Shown here: piece after piece, positions 35,693-48,837 of the stretch
Layout of the letters: every line of letters begins with the position of its first letter
Numbering within the stretch: the stretch's first letter is position 1
Assembly (NCBI GenBank): GCA_951406725.2
Contig: OX597821.1
Coordinates: 59,644,001 to 59,708,000 of the forward strand
From: Octopus vulgaris
Lineage: Eukaryota
DNA length: 64,000 bases
Direction of reading: 5' to 3'
Program-made: the position numbers and the translations under genes
Notes under the pieces: generated by a model
What the model saw: the letters and a program-made list of their open reading frames with translations, nothing else
The model's database searches: none
Told to the model about the DNA's origin: nothing

Positions 35693-36040
35693 ATCATCAT
35701 TGTCGTTTAACGTCCGCTTTCTTTCCTGGCATGGGTTAGATGGTTTGACTGAGGACTGGTGAACCAGAGGCTACACCATGCTCCAATCTGATCTGGCAAG
35801 GTTGCTACAGCTGGATGCCCTTTCTAACGCCAACCACTCCAAGAGTGTAGTGGGTGTTTTTACGTGCCAATGGCGCGAGGGCCAGTCATGCAGCTCTGGC
35901 AACGACCATGCTCAAGAGGTGTTTTTTACATGCTACCTGCATGGGATCCAGTCCAGCGGTACTGGCAACGACTATGCTCAAATGTTTTTCATAAGCCACC
36001 ACCACATGTGCCGGTAAGGCAATACTGACAATGATCATGC
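35693..36040 (-). mobile_element. Family D retroposon with three tandem units
   Basis: RTE-type tail plus repeated GGTGTTTTTACGTGCC-like units. Confidence 0.75.
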
Positions 36041-36097
36041 TATGTGTGTAGATAGATAGATACACATACATGTTATTTCAAATAGATAGTGTGCAGA

Positions 36098-36194
36098 TAT
36101 TAACTCCATGTGTTATTCATTCAAAAGAATCTTGTAGTAAAACTACATTTATACTACAAGATCCTTTTGAATGAACAACACATGGAATTCAATA
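36098..36194. repeat. ~97-bp near-perfect hairpin
   Basis: TCCATGTGTTATTCATTCAAAAGAATCTTGTAGTA versus TACTACAAGATCCTTTTGAATGAACAACACATGGA. Confidence 0.85.
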
Positions 36195-36204
36195 CCGTTA
36201 ACCA

Positions 36205-36380
36205 ATCAATGGTCGTTGAGCATGGTCGTTGGCGTTAGGAAGGGCATCCAGCTGTAGAAACACTGCCAGATCAGACTGGGCCTGGTGCAGCCTTCTGGCT
36301 TCCCAGACCCCAGTTGAATCGTCCAACCCATGCCAGCATGGAAAGCGGATGTTAAATGATGATGATGATGATGATGATAT
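36205..36380 (+). mobile_element. Family D tail, young
   Basis: GGCGTTAGGAAGGGCATCC..TTAAATGAT(GAT)n. Confidence 0.85.
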
Positions 36381-36496
36381 ATATATATATATATATATAT
36401 ATGGAGAGAGAGAGAGAGAGAGAGACAAAGTTTAGGTTAGTTCAAATATGTTTGTGCCGACACCGAGAGCATCGATGGATGGATGAGTGTGTATCC

Positions 36497-36690
36497 AGGC
36501 AGGAAGAAAGAGTAAGAGAAAGTTGGGGTGAAAGAGTACAACAGGGGTCGCCACCAACCCCTGCCAGAGCCTTATGGAGCTTTAGGTGCTTTCGCTCAAT
36601 GAACACACACAATGCCCGTTCTGGGAATCGAAACTGCGATCCTCCGACTGCGAGTCCGCTGCCCTAACCACTGGGCCATTGCACCTCCAC
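36497..36690 (-). mobile_element. SINE family B 5' half
   Basis: Reverse complement GGAGGTGCAATGGCCCAGTGGTTAGGGCAGCGGACTCGC, a tRNA-like head. Confidence 0.85.
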
Positions 36691-37132
36691 TGCTGTTGTT
36701 GCTGCTGCTGCTGCTACTACCACTACTACTGCTGCTGCTGCTACTACTACTACTACTACTACTACTACTAGCTGTTCTCAGGCTGAAACCATTACGTTTT
36801 TACCAAATCAATAATTTTATTCTGTTTTTTGACCAATGTAAATAATATGGAACAGCTTCAGGACAGTGACTTTCCCATCAATCCAGCATCGTTTAACCAT
36901 GTAATCGATTCATTTGTTCATCATCAGTTGTTTTGACTTGGAGCCAAAGTTAGACAGATCTTCAAATCTATATTTTAGATAATAATTAAGCAGTAACCTG
37001 CGTAGGAAGGTTCTTGTTGCTGTTTTTAGCTCTGTACTGATGCTGATGGAAGAGGCCAATGATCAAAGATATTCTAGCCATGTCTATTCTGCTGCATCAC
37101 TTCATTCTTTGAATGTTGTGTAATTATTTGAT

Positions 37133-37767
37133 ACGAGCAAAACGCCCCTTGTCCAATGGACAGTGCTGAGTTGTCAAACATTTAAACCAAATTTTCTCAA
37201 AACAACTTGTCCGACTGTCCCATAGGCCTCCCCTTTGAGAAACACTGATTTAACCTAAATTTGAGACACCAGCAAAAGAAGAAATAAAGATAGTAGACTT
37301 TTTTTCTATTCCAAAGAAAAACAATTTTATTCACACAAATATGCAACCGAAGAGTTTAAAGTACCAGTAATGATAAGGCTGTTATGATAGTCTTTCCTTC
37401 CTTCATGCCAAGTTTGAAGAAAATATCTCTTTTGCATCTTACTTTTTTGGTCTCTTAAATATATTGCATATTGTGGCATTATTTCAAGCCAGCCGTTTTT
37501 TTTTGCGCAAACTGCACATGCATTTTTCTCACGTACGCGTAGTATCAATCGCAACAGCTGATGTACTTGCGCATACAAATGCACGTTCCCACGGCTTTAT
37601 TGATCGCAATATCACCTGGAATCGATTTATGTAATTTTTTCAAGACTTATACACGTCCTGGTACCGTCGGTATCTACATATCAAATTTGAGCGCAACCGG
37701 ATGGAGGATACCTGAGATCCTAAAAGACACACACACAGACAGACAGAACGGAATTTATATAATAGAT
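37133..37767 (-). mobile_element. Probable non-autonomous Helitron
   Basis: Minus strand begins ATCTATTATATAAA..(CTGT)n; the far end has a TGTCC-AAT-GGACA hairpin and a degenerate CTAG (CTCG). Confidence 0.5.
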
Positions 37768-37809
37768 GTCCATGGACAAAGTGGTGAGAGGGGATCTACA
37801 GATGTTGGA

Positions 37810-38170
37810 ACTAACAGGGTGGATGATAGGGGACCAAGACTCTTGGTGATTTGCTGTGCTTGAGAAGACATGCCAAGCTAAGTAAAGTATGGTTGTCTTG
37901 GCATACAGGTTTGTCCCCTGCATCCCCCTCCAGCTGAGCACTCCTAATCTTGCAGGCGCGTGTGTACTGGTGCCACATGCAAAGCACCCATACCAGTGCT
38001 GCATAAAAGCACCCAGTCCACTCTGCAAAGTGGTTAGTGTTAGGAAGGGCATCCAGCCATAGAAACCATGCCAAAACTGACACAGAGTCTGGGTAGTTCT
38101 TCAGCTGGCCATTTCCTGTCAAACTGTCCAACCCATGCCAGCATGGAAAACGGACGTTATATGATGATGA

Positions 38171-38200
<30 letters not shown>
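37810..38200 (+). mobile_element. Family D retroposon with extended 5' body
   Basis: Two AAAGCACCC units, RTE-type tail and (GAT)n. Confidence 0.7.
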
Positions 38201-38201
<1 letters not shown>

Positions 38202-38772
38202 GATTTTCAGGATAATAGGTGGTAAATTGAAGAAGATATGGCTACTATTTCTAGTACATCAAGCAACCCTATAGAAGCTACCTCAGCCGGTTTGGTGTGT
38301 CTATATTCCTGTAACTTAGTGATTTGACAAAAGAGACTGATAGAAAAAAGTACGTGGCTTAAAAAAAAAAGTCTGGGGTTGATTTCTTCAACTGAAACCC
38401 TTCAAGATGGTACCCCAGCATGGCCATAGTCAAATGACTGAAACAAGTAAAGGATAAAAGATATATTCACTGAAATATTTTACATTCTATGTTTTAACTT
38501 CAACAATTTCCTTTTTTAACAAAAGTGGTTTTTGTTTTTGAGGGATTTTAATATCTAAAAACTTTTGTCTTTTTATGGATGTGTGATTAGAATAATAGAA
38601 GAAAGAGATTTGTAGCAGTTCTGTGTTTGATATTGGCTTACATGCAAATATACATTTCTCCATTTCAAAGTTGGCTCAGCCAACAATGTGTTGTTACACC
38701 TTTTGCATCATTCTGTGTGATTGGTTAGAATGGAAGGTTTCCTTCCGCTTCCAGTTTGGCGTTTGTATAAAA

Positions 38773-39045
38773 CAGTGGTTCCCAAACATTTTGGGGCTGC
38801 TGTCCCCTTGACACCCAGACTACATCCCTAGAGCCCCACCCCAACTAACCATCACAAACATATACCTCTTTCTGAAGCAAATTCAAAGCAGCTGTATTTC
38901 ACAAACAAAATTTAATCTAACGGACTCATTATTTTGTTGTTTTCACATGAATCGCTGCCCCATTATCACTCCACTTTTCTTCAGCGCCCCCTTGGAACTT
39001 TCCACCACCCCAGGGGAGCAATATCACCCACTTTGGGAACCACTG
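38773..39045. mobile_element. hAT (Charlie-type) MITE
   Basis: TIR CAGTGGTTCCCAAA / TTTGGGAACCACTG; 8-bp TSD GTATAAAA / GTATAAAG. Confidence 0.9.
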
Positions 39046-39242
39046 GTATAAAGCATGACAGTCGCCATTTCTCACTAGAGAGTTTTCCTTCCTTCACTTT
39101 AGAACTCTCTCGGCTTGTAGTTCTTTCACTCACATCAACACTGGTTGCTCAGCAAGTTCTCTTGATGAGCCAGCAAACTGAACAAACAATGTTGCCTTCT
39201 TGGAGGCATTCTCGTGCACACTACTAGCGCTGCCATCGCCTC

Positions 39243-39830
39243 CATACTTACTTGTACTTGTGACAGCATTCACCCAGGGCAGGTTGAGCCAGCTTCTTCT
39301 CTGTTCCTAACGGCATCACGAACTATGGTGGCCCACGCTCGATGGTCCTGTGTGAGGTCATTGGAGATAGCGAGCCATTCACTGTTCCATCTGCGCAGAC
39401 CGACCACCTGTGGGCCTGAGAGTTTGGAGAGGTCCTCCTTTATCGTCGTCGCCCAGGTCTTCAGCGTTTGCGTCAGCTGGGAAGTGGAGATGGGAGGAGG
39501 ACAACGCGAATCAGCTCACCTTCTGGACACTGGGCCACATGACTGAACCACCTTAAGCGCTGTCGTAGAAGCACCGAAGGGAGGGGCCGGAGATTCAGGT
39601 GATGACAAAGACTGGCTGTAGGAACCCGGTCAATGCATCGGCAGCAAAGAATGTGGCGGAGACAGTCATTGCCAAACACCTCCATCCCTAGCTGATCGAC
39701 TACCCTCATAGGCCATGTTTTACAACCATAGAGGAGGAGAGTACGAACAACGGCCTGGTAGATTCACCCTTTGGTCACCGAGGAGATCTCTCTTCTGTCC
39801 CACAGGCACCGCTGGAGGCACACATTTTTG
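39243..39830 (-). pseudogene. RTE LINE 3' fragment (second family)
   Basis: LLYGCKTWP..EVFGNDCLRHIL..RRLRW-like RQRLRWFSHVAQ; tail CAAGTACAAGTAAGTA. Confidence 0.85.
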
Positions 39831-39970
39831 GACCAACCAACTGTCCATACTGGAAGATTTAATTTAGCCAAGCCTTGCAGGTGAAAAATTCTTCAAGCCT
39901 AGCCAGCCAGCAGGAAATCTTAGGGGTAGCCCAAAATGAGATAGTTGGATAATATCCATAGTCTCAGTTG

Positions 39971-40263
39971 TGGAGGCATGTGGCTTAGTGGTTAGGGTGT
40001 TGGACTCATGATCATAAGATTGTGGTTTCGATTCCTGGACTGGGTGCCGCGTTGTGTTCTTGAACAAAAGGCTTCAGTTCACATTGCTCCACTCCACTCA
40101 GCTGGCAAAAATGCATAATCCTGTGACTGACCAGCGTCCCATCAAGGTCAGTAATATATATGCGATGGAAACTGGGAAACTGGACCTTATGAGTCCACAT
40201 GACTCAGGAACAAACTTCATGAGTCTACATGACTCAAAAAGGAAACTTTACCTTTACCTTTAC
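39971..40263 (+). mobile_element. SINE family E with target-site duplication
   Basis: tRNA-like head GGCTTAGTGGTTAGGG..GGTTTCGATTCC; (CTTTAC)n tail; TSD AGTCTCAGTTG at 39960-39970 and 40264-40274. Confidence 0.85.
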
Positions 40264-41242
40264 AGTCTCAGTTGGTTGCACTTGGGAGTTCAACTGGAAA
40301 GTTTAATGACAGTGGCTTCTGATAGACCCCTATGGAGGAGGTGCCTGAGGACTCTACTCCGACAACTCTTCCAGGAATAGTAAACAGAGAAGATGGTTAA
40401 ATAGAACTGTTTCTTTTTTTTCCATCAAAACATTAAATTGGAATGTTTTTTTTCTTTTTTTCCTTCCTCTTATTGTTAATATTGATTTCTTCAGATGGCT
40501 GCAAGACCAGTTTTATATTCATGAGTCCAGGCTTTTACTGACCCCGCCATCTCTCCAACTCATTAGTTTATAAATATTGCCTTACTTTAATATATCCATT
40601 CTCATTCTGCCTATACCACCACAACCTTGGACATTTACTGTCACCATCACCATCACCATCACTACCAACATCACTACCTTTACCCCTCCACCACCACCAC
40701 CACCACCACCACCACAATTTCTTCCTACCATTATTCTCTTTCTCTCTCTCTTTCTCTCTGCCAATTCACATTTCAACTTTCTATGTTTCTGACTCCCTTA
40801 TTTTCTTTTTCCTTTCAATCTTTTCTCCTGCTATCTTCCTTGGCAAAATGCAACTAACTCCAATACACTAACTCCAGTAGTAATAGTAGCAGTAGTGGTG
40901 GTGGTGGTGGTGGTGACGTCGGTGGTGGTGACGTCGGTGGTGGTGGTGACGTCGGTGGCAGTGATAGTGGCATTGGTGTGTGTATGTGTGTGTCCAGTAC
41001 CCACTGCAGAGATGACCCACTAAATAATTAAATATTTCTGCATACCAAACTACACTAAGTTGTAATTCAGTGTTGAGTGAACAACTTGTAATTAGCCGAG
41101 AACCTGATCTCTTGAATAGCTTTGGGGAGCGGGGGAAACAATGTATTGGTCTTGTGTCATTCACATCTAAGTATCTGATAATCGTAAATAACAATGGGAC
41201 AACTAATTGACTTTTCACCTCCTGCCCTTGGGACACTACCAA

Positions 41243-41274
<32 letters not shown>

Positions 41275-41495
41275 ACACACACCAAACACACACGTGTGTG
41301 TGTGTGTGTATGCATATATTTATATATATATATATATATATGAATGTATGTATGCATGCATAGTAATACTGACTTTTTTTGTTCAGGGCTTATATACCCC
41401 TATATTAGACTATTTTCTTTAACGAATACATGATAATTGTTTAGAAGCTTTAAGTTTATAATTATCATTATTATTTGCATACATATATATGTATG

Positions 41496-41571
<76 letters not shown>

Positions 41572-41673
41572 CATAAGAATATATAAAAATTTATATACAG
41601 AGAGGTAACCCTTGACAAGATGCTTTACATACTAGAAAGGGCACCGCTCTTTGTATAAATACTGACATACTAG

Positions 41674-42040
41674 TGGAGGTGCAATGGCCCAGTGGTTAGG
41701 GCAGCAGACTCACGGTCGTAGGATTGCAGTTTCAATTCCCAAACTGGGTATTGTGAGTGTTTGAGCGAAAAAAAGCTCTATGAGGCTCCAGCGAGGGGGG
41801 GGCAAACCCTGCTGTATTCTTTTACAACAACTTTCTCTCACTCTTTCTTCCTATTTCTGTTGTACCTGTATTTCAAAGGGCCAGCCTTGTCACACTCTGT
41901 GTCACGCTGAATCTCCCCAAGAACTAATTTAAGAGTACATGTGTCTGTGGAGTGCTCAGCCACTTGCATGTTAATTTCACGAGCAGACTGTTCCGTGATC
42001 GGATCAACTGGAACCCTTGTCGTCGTAACCGATAGAGTGC
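41674..42040 (+). mobile_element. SINE family B, full length
   Basis: tRNA-like head; body ending TTAATTTCACGAGCAG..GGAACCCTTGTCGTCGTAACCGA. Confidence 0.9.
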
Positions 42041-42059
42041 CATGACGACTTATATACTC

Positions 42060-42402
<343 letters not shown>

Positions 42403-43527
42403 AGGCAGAATTGTTAGCATGCTGGGTGAAATGCTTAGCGGTATTTCGTCTGTCTTTGTGTTCTGAGTTCAAATTCTACCAAGGTCGACTTTGCCTTTCA
42501 TATTATCGGGGTTGATAAATTAAGTACCAGTTGCATACTGGGGTCGATCTAATAGACTGACCCCTTCCCCAAACATTTCAGGCCTTGTGCCTAGAGTAGA
42601 AAAGAATATCTGCACATACCCTTTCTGCTGAGGTCAACTTTGCCTTTCGGGTCAATGAATTAATTACCAGTTGAGTATTGGGGTCAATCTGATAGACTGG
42701 CCCCTCCCCAAACATTTCTGACCTTGTGCCTAGAGTAGAAAAAAATATTGGAGCATCTTTGTTTTTTCAAACATCTAACCATGAAGCCCAGTAAAGGTCA
42801 CCACTGAAACATATGACAGGCTTCTGATATGGCTGGGTGGTTATCAAGCTTGCTTTGTAACCATATGATTTCAGGTTCAGTTCCACTATGTGGCAACTTG
42901 GGCAAATGTCTTCCACTATAGCCCCCAGACAGGTGAAAGCCTTGTGAGTGGATATGATAGACAGAAACAGAAAGAAGCCCGTCATGCATATAATACATAT
43001 AAATGTGTGTGTGTGTGTGTGTGTGTGAGTGTGTGTGTTCGTGTATGTGCATTTGTGTGTATGTATGTGTTAGTGTACATGTGTTTGTGTTTGTGGGCAT
43101 TTGTACATATGTGAGTGTGTCTGTGTATGTACCCTTGTCTTGGCATATTCAACAGTAATATCTTTTCTACCATAGGCCTGAAATTTTAGAGGGATGCAAC
43201 TGGTACTTAATTTATCGACTCCCAAAAGGATGAATGGCAAAGTCGACCTTGGCGGAATTTGAACTCAGAATGTAAAGATGGACGAAATACCTATTTCTTT
43301 ACTATCCACAAGGGGCCAAACACAGAGGGTACAAACAAGGACAGACAAACGTATTAAGTCGATTATATCAACTCCAGTGCGTAACTGGTACTTATATTTA
43401 ATCGACCCTGAAAGGATGAGAGGCAAAGTCAACCTCAGCGGAATTTGAACTCAGAACGTAGCAGCAGACAAAATACTGCTCAGCATTTCGCCCGGCGTGC
43501 TTACATTTCTACCAGTTCACCGCCTTA
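42403..43527. mobile_element. SINE cluster: C (+) x2, A head (+), C (-) x2
   Basis: GAGTTCAAATTC..GTCGACTTTGCCTTTC..GATAAATTAAGTACCAG motifs on both strands. Confidence 0.8.
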
Positions 43528-43953
43528 AATGGAATCTCTTATTATGAAAGGCAGATTTTATCTGCCTCCCTTTGTATCTTATAGAAATCTACAATATAGG
43601 ATTTCTTCAATTACAATTTACCTAGCATTTTTAAGAGTAGAATGCATCGGGTCGTGCCAGGTCCAGTTTTTAAAATTTCAACCCCAATTAAGCAAAATTT
43701 AGAGAAAACTCACATTGTGGTGTATAAGTCAAATGCTTTTCTTAGTGTGGTCTACACCACACGCACACGCACACACACACACACAGTGTGCAACGAATAA
43801 AGTGAAAGTAATTCACTTTTTGTACTGAGTGACTCTTTCACTCTGCATTCCCACTTCCTCTTTACACACATAGACACGCAAATATATAAATAAAATTGTA
43901 AGCTAATGTGTGTGTGTGTGCGTGTGTGTGAGTGTGTGTGTGTGTGTGTGAGG

Positions 43954-43996
<43 letters not shown>

Positions 43997-44017
43997 TGTG
44001 CGTGAGTGTGTGACAGG

Positions 44018-44532
44018 AAAGTTTTTTAGGACGAATATAAGACCTATATCCAAGTAGCAGAAAGATCGCCCAAAAGTGTATATAGATATTTAAATGTATT
44101 TATATATTCATCTATACACAGATGTATGTATAATGTGTGTGTATATATTTCCATAGACGTAACCATTCACTCCGCACAAAGTTTTTTAGGACGAAAATAA
44201 GATCTAAAGTTATCTCTAAGTAGCACAAAGATCGCCCAAAAGTGTATATAGATATATAAATGTATTTATATATTCATCTATGCACACATGTATGTATAAT
44301 GTGTGTGTATATATTTCCATAGAGGTAACCATTCACTCCATACAAAGTTTTTTAGGACGAAAATAAGATCTAAAGTTATCTCTAAGAAACAGAAAGATCG
44401 CCCAAAAGTATATATAGATATTTAAATGTATTTATATATTCATCTATACACACATGTATGTATAATGTGCGTGTATATATTTACATAGAGGTAACCATTC
44501 AATCCATACAAAGTTTTTTAGGATGAAAATAT
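44018..44532. repeat. Minisatellite, ~3.1 units of 160-166 bp inside the Helitron
   Basis: GTTTTTTAGGA recurs at 44021, 44181, 44347 and 44513. Confidence 0.9.
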
Positions 44533-44778
44533 TTATATATAAAAGAAAGGTTGTGTGTCTGTCTACTCCGATTTAGATTCCTAACTACTCCCACATTTTG
44601 CGATGCAGTTTAACCAAAACCGGGTATCTTATAGTCGTGATTCATATCGAGCCCTTCTGGGTATTAGTGCGCGTCTACAATGAGTCTATGATTTTACAAA
44701 TAATTTACCATCATTTTTTTCCATTTTAATGCATATTTTTTTAAATAAAGGGAAGTAACTCTCAAACTTCACACCAAT

Positions 44779-45275
44779 ATGCGTGCTCATATGCGACGTA
44801 ATATCACATCAGCAGCATTTCCTCACACCCTCCTTGCACTTGGCGAAGGCAAAATACCAGGGGATGAAAATGGTAATATTGCCATCGATTCTATTTGTAC
44901 CATTGTTAAGACGCCTTCTGATCTCAGAGATGCAGTGTTCCCAGATCTACAAGCTAATTATCAGAATATGGATTGGATTGGCAAAAAGGCTATACTGGCT
45001 CCGAGGAATAAAACTGTTCACCATATTAATGATGAAATGCTAAATCTCATTCCTGGGGAAGTCTATGTATATCAGTCTATCGATACAACTCCTGACCCAG
45101 AGGATGTCATCAATTATCCAATAGAGGTACTCAATTCCTTTGAGCACCCCGGACTACCACCACACTTTCTCAAACTTAAAGTTGGTGCCCCTATAATGCT
45201 CATCAGAAATTTGGTTTCCCCCAAAACAATGCAATGGCACACGTTTGATCGTTAAGTCCTTATCTCCCACCGTAA
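44779..45275 (+). pseudogene. Helitron RepHel PIF1-type helicase fragment
   Basis: LLALGEG..KAILAPRN..YPIEVLNS..GLPPHFLKLKVGAPIMLIRNL, then frameshift to CNGTRLIVKSL. Confidence 0.9.
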
Positions 45276-45614
45276 ACTTATATCAATATTTGCCTGAATA
45301 ATCATCATAATTCAGTGCAATCATTAACAGTACTTTCAAGCAATTCAGCCCCGAGCAACGCCGGGCAATTCTGCTAGTTATATAATAAAAAGAAAACTGA
45401 AATTATAAATGAATCATATCTAACATCATTGATGCTCTTTAGCTCCCAGCTCAGCATTGAAGGAGCTGGCCTACGATCAAATGCATCCCAGTTATGACCA
45501 TCATCACTTTTATTTAGTATACCAGGGGCTATGATTATATACTGTAAAGATGGACGAAATGCCACTAAGTATTTTGCCTGGTGTGCTAACGATTCTGCCA
45601 GCTTGCTATCAATA

Positions 45615-46040
45615 GACAGGTACAGATATGGCTGTGTGGTTAAGAAGCTTCCATGGTAATGGGATGGTTTCTACTTCAGTCCCGCAGTGCAGTGCAGCAC
45701 CTTGTGAGTGAATCTGGTAAGTGAAAGCTGTGTGAAAGCCTTGTGTGTGGGGGGGGGTGCACGTGTATGCATGCGTGCATGCGTGTGTATGAGAGTGCGT
45801 GTGCATGCATGCATGTGTGTGTGTGTGTGTCTGTGCCTGTGTCTGGCCACCACCCCTGCACACCTTGACAGCTAGTGTTGATTTGTTTATATCTTCTGTA
45901 ACTTAGCAGTTCAACAAAGAAACTAATAGAGTAAGTAAAAGACTTAAAAATAAATAGGTACCAGGGTTGATCTGTTTGGCTAAATTTCTTCTGTACGATG
46001 CCCCAGTATGGCCACAGTCTAATGACTGAAAAAAGCAAAA
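45615..46040 (+). mobile_element. SINE family A, diverged
   Basis: Colinear motifs with an internal deletion. Confidence 0.7.
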
Positions 46041-46412
46041 GATTAATAACTACATGGCTGTCTGTCAATTTCACCAACGAATATTGCAATTGTTTGATCA
46101 ACTGAACGATCAGTTCATTTCATCATCATCATCCAATATTTTAAATTCAGGTTTTGTCCCTGTTAATGGGGGTGGATGGATCTACCTCAATGCCATAGCA
46201 ATCAAGGTAGGCAGGTACAGCCCAGCCCAACCTTTGGGCTGGCTGACTGGTGCCCATCTTCCCTTGCTATCATGAGGCTTTATTGGAGCTGGATTTTCTA
46301 CGGAGAGCATACCCTTGCTTATCCCAAACCTCAGTTTCTAGACATGAGTGGCCCCAAGACCAAGGCCTCTACTACAATTTTTAAGAAATGTGGTGGAAAA
46401 CTAGCTCGGGAA

Positions 46413-46555
46413 AGCAGGGACGCTACTCCCTGAGACCCCTTTCAGAGCCGCCCTATCTAAGGCAGGGATGCTACTCCCTGAGACCCCTTTTGGAACACCC
46501 CTACCTAAGGCAGGGATGCTATTCCCTGAGACCCCTTTTTGGAGCACCCCTACAT
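46413..46555. repeat. Three tandem ~48-bp GC-rich units
   Basis: GCAGGGA(C/T)GCTA(C/T)TCCCTGAGACCCCTTT repeated three times. Confidence 0.9.
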
Positions 46556-46784
46556 GGCATATAAGTAGCTGAGTATTCCACAGGCACATACACCCTTAAT
46601 GTTATTCTCAAGGTAATTCAGCAGAGCAGTCTGTGAAGAGGCTGGTCTTTTGAATCACAGAAGCAGTCCATCTGACAGGCTTCAGAACAGTTTCTATCAG
46701 TTCAGTTTCATTTACAAGGCTTGAGTTGATGTTTGCTCAAGATGCCATATGGTGGAATAAAATCTTGACGTTTATTATTGGCAA

Positions 46785-47175
46785 CTATCACCATCACCAC
46801 CACTACAACCACCATCACCACCACAACCACCACCGCTACCACAGCCATCACCATCAACACCATCACCACCTTCACAACCACCAACACTACCACAACTATC
46901 CCCGCCAACATCACCACCACAACCATCGCCACCACCATCATCACTACAACAACCATCACCACTACCACCATCACCACTACCACAACCATCACCACCACCA
47001 TCACCACCACCACCACCGCAACCATTACCATCACCCTTCCACCATTACCACTTTCATCACCATAACCATCACCACCACCACAACCATTACCATCACCACC
47101 TTTACCACTCTGATAATCACTACTCTTATTACCTCGGCAACTATCATCACAACAACCTCCACCATCATCATTTCA
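46785..47175. repeat. Degenerate (CAC/CAT/AAC)n trinucleotide tract
   Basis: Direct reading; explains the His/Thr/Val-rich ORFs. Confidence 0.9.
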
Positions 47176-48137
47176 TAGCTTTTTGAGATACAGAGAACTC
47201 TAGATTTAATTTCTAATTAGAATTAAATTCAACTCTAAATTAATTACATTCAATTAGAAAGTTAAAGATCACATTCACTTCCCACTGAATTCTGTATTTA
47301 ATTAATTTTGATTAATCAAAATTTTAGGGCTGTTTTCACTTGCTCTTTTTTTATATTTTTTTTACCAGAATTACAATTTATAAAATGATTGTTTGTTTCA
47401 TTAAGGGTGCAATTTTAATTAATCAAAATTACTTGGTTTACTACATAATGTGTACTAACAGCCACTTTTAGTAATGTTATCTGTAGTAGACCAGCTTCTG
47501 GTCCCATGGTGGGTAGCAGAATATATCTTTCATTTGCTTAGAACCAGAAAAAAAAATACTGAAGAAAAATGCTTTATCTCTAAGAAACTTTGAAATTTCA
47601 TAAAATGAGTATTGTTTTATTTTCTCTCTGCTTCTTTCAGCCTGACTGACCTGGTTCTCAGAGCCAATTATTCTTCTGAAGGTACAGATCCATTTTGCCA
47701 ATTTCCATTACCTATATTGGCACTATTGATGAGAAGCAGTACACCTATGTATGTGTATGTTTGTAACCCCCAACATTGCTTGACAACCAATGCTGGTGTG
47801 TTTATCTTCCCATAACTTAGCGGTTCAGCAAGAGAGACCGATAGAACAAGTACTAGGCTTACAAAGAATAAGCCCTGGGGTCGAATCGCTCAACTAAAAG
47901 CGGTGCTCCAGCATGGCTGCAGTCAAATGACTGAAACAAATAAAAGAATAAAAGAAAAAAGTGTAATCTGAATGCCAAATGGCTAAGGATGCTGCACTCT
48001 TAAGAATATACTACAAGGCAATATTTACATAACAAAAGTACTCTAATATGTACTCTAATATTGCATGGTCTCCTTACCCACTATGCAGTCTACAGGGTCA
48101 CTCCAACCAAACCCTTTAAAGTAGGAGAGGGTGGGGC

Positions 48138-48290
48138 GAACCAGATGGCTGCACCAGGCTCCAATTGAAACTCTGCCAGATCAGATTGCAGCCTGATGCA
48201 GCCATCTGGTTCACCAGTTCAGTCAAATCGTCCAACCCATGCTAGCATGGAAAGTGGACGTCAAACGATGATGAGGATGATGATAATGGA
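48138..48290 (+). mobile_element. Family D tail with an inverted 5' duplication
   Basis: 48138-48165 is the reverse complement of ~48186-48212. Confidence 0.7.
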
Positions 48291-48837
48291 TTCCAAAAGA
48301 AAAAGAGGAACCTTATACATAGTAATGCCATATGTGAGAAATAACAGCTAAATCTCCCTTGAATCATACTCTACCGTTTTCAAAAGGAAAGAGATATACA
48401 TATCTAGGATAACAGAGCCCTAGATACATCCCTATATCTGATGGCATATAAGACACTTTTTTTTTTTTAAATCACCCTGGATTCTGTATGTAAAGTCTAT
48501 ATGACTTTAGTTCCTTAAAAACTTTTTTCCTGGGCATGCATAGCTGAAATTGGGGTGTGTCTAATATACACATGCATCCATTATGCCATCAAATATGGTA
48601 TATATTCAACAAAGACAAATAATCAAACTGGAATATTTTTGATCATAGGTTTGCTAAGAAAAAGAAATAGGAGGTTGGTTAACTAGGGACTAAATCAGTA
48701 ATTCCCAAATGGGGTCCATATGATCCATGAAGGTTCATATGACCCTTGAGGGTCCATATAAGATTTTGTTGTTAAAATGTAAGCATAAAAAATTACTTAC
48801 ACTACTACAATACACAAAATATTTAAATTTTTCTTAT

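Larger units (their letters stand above)
43535..45377 (+). mobile_element. Composite, internally deleted Helitron
   Basis: A|TCTCTTATTATGAAAG start; 3' CCCGAGCAACGCCGGG hairpin plus CTAG|T; helicase fragment; second Helitron-like 5' motif near 44535. Confidence 0.8.

Noticed and set aside
41674-41750. tRNA genes at the heads of families A, B, C and E
   Set aside because: They run directly into SINE bodies and lack a complete cloverleaf and oligo-T terminator
44779-45255. Host PIF1 helicase gene
   Set aside because: Intronless partial domain with a frameshift, enclosed by Helitron termini
46708-47178. His-rich, Thr-rich or Val-rich protein ORFs
   Set aside because: All frames are products of a degenerate trinucleotide tract, with no splice or domain support
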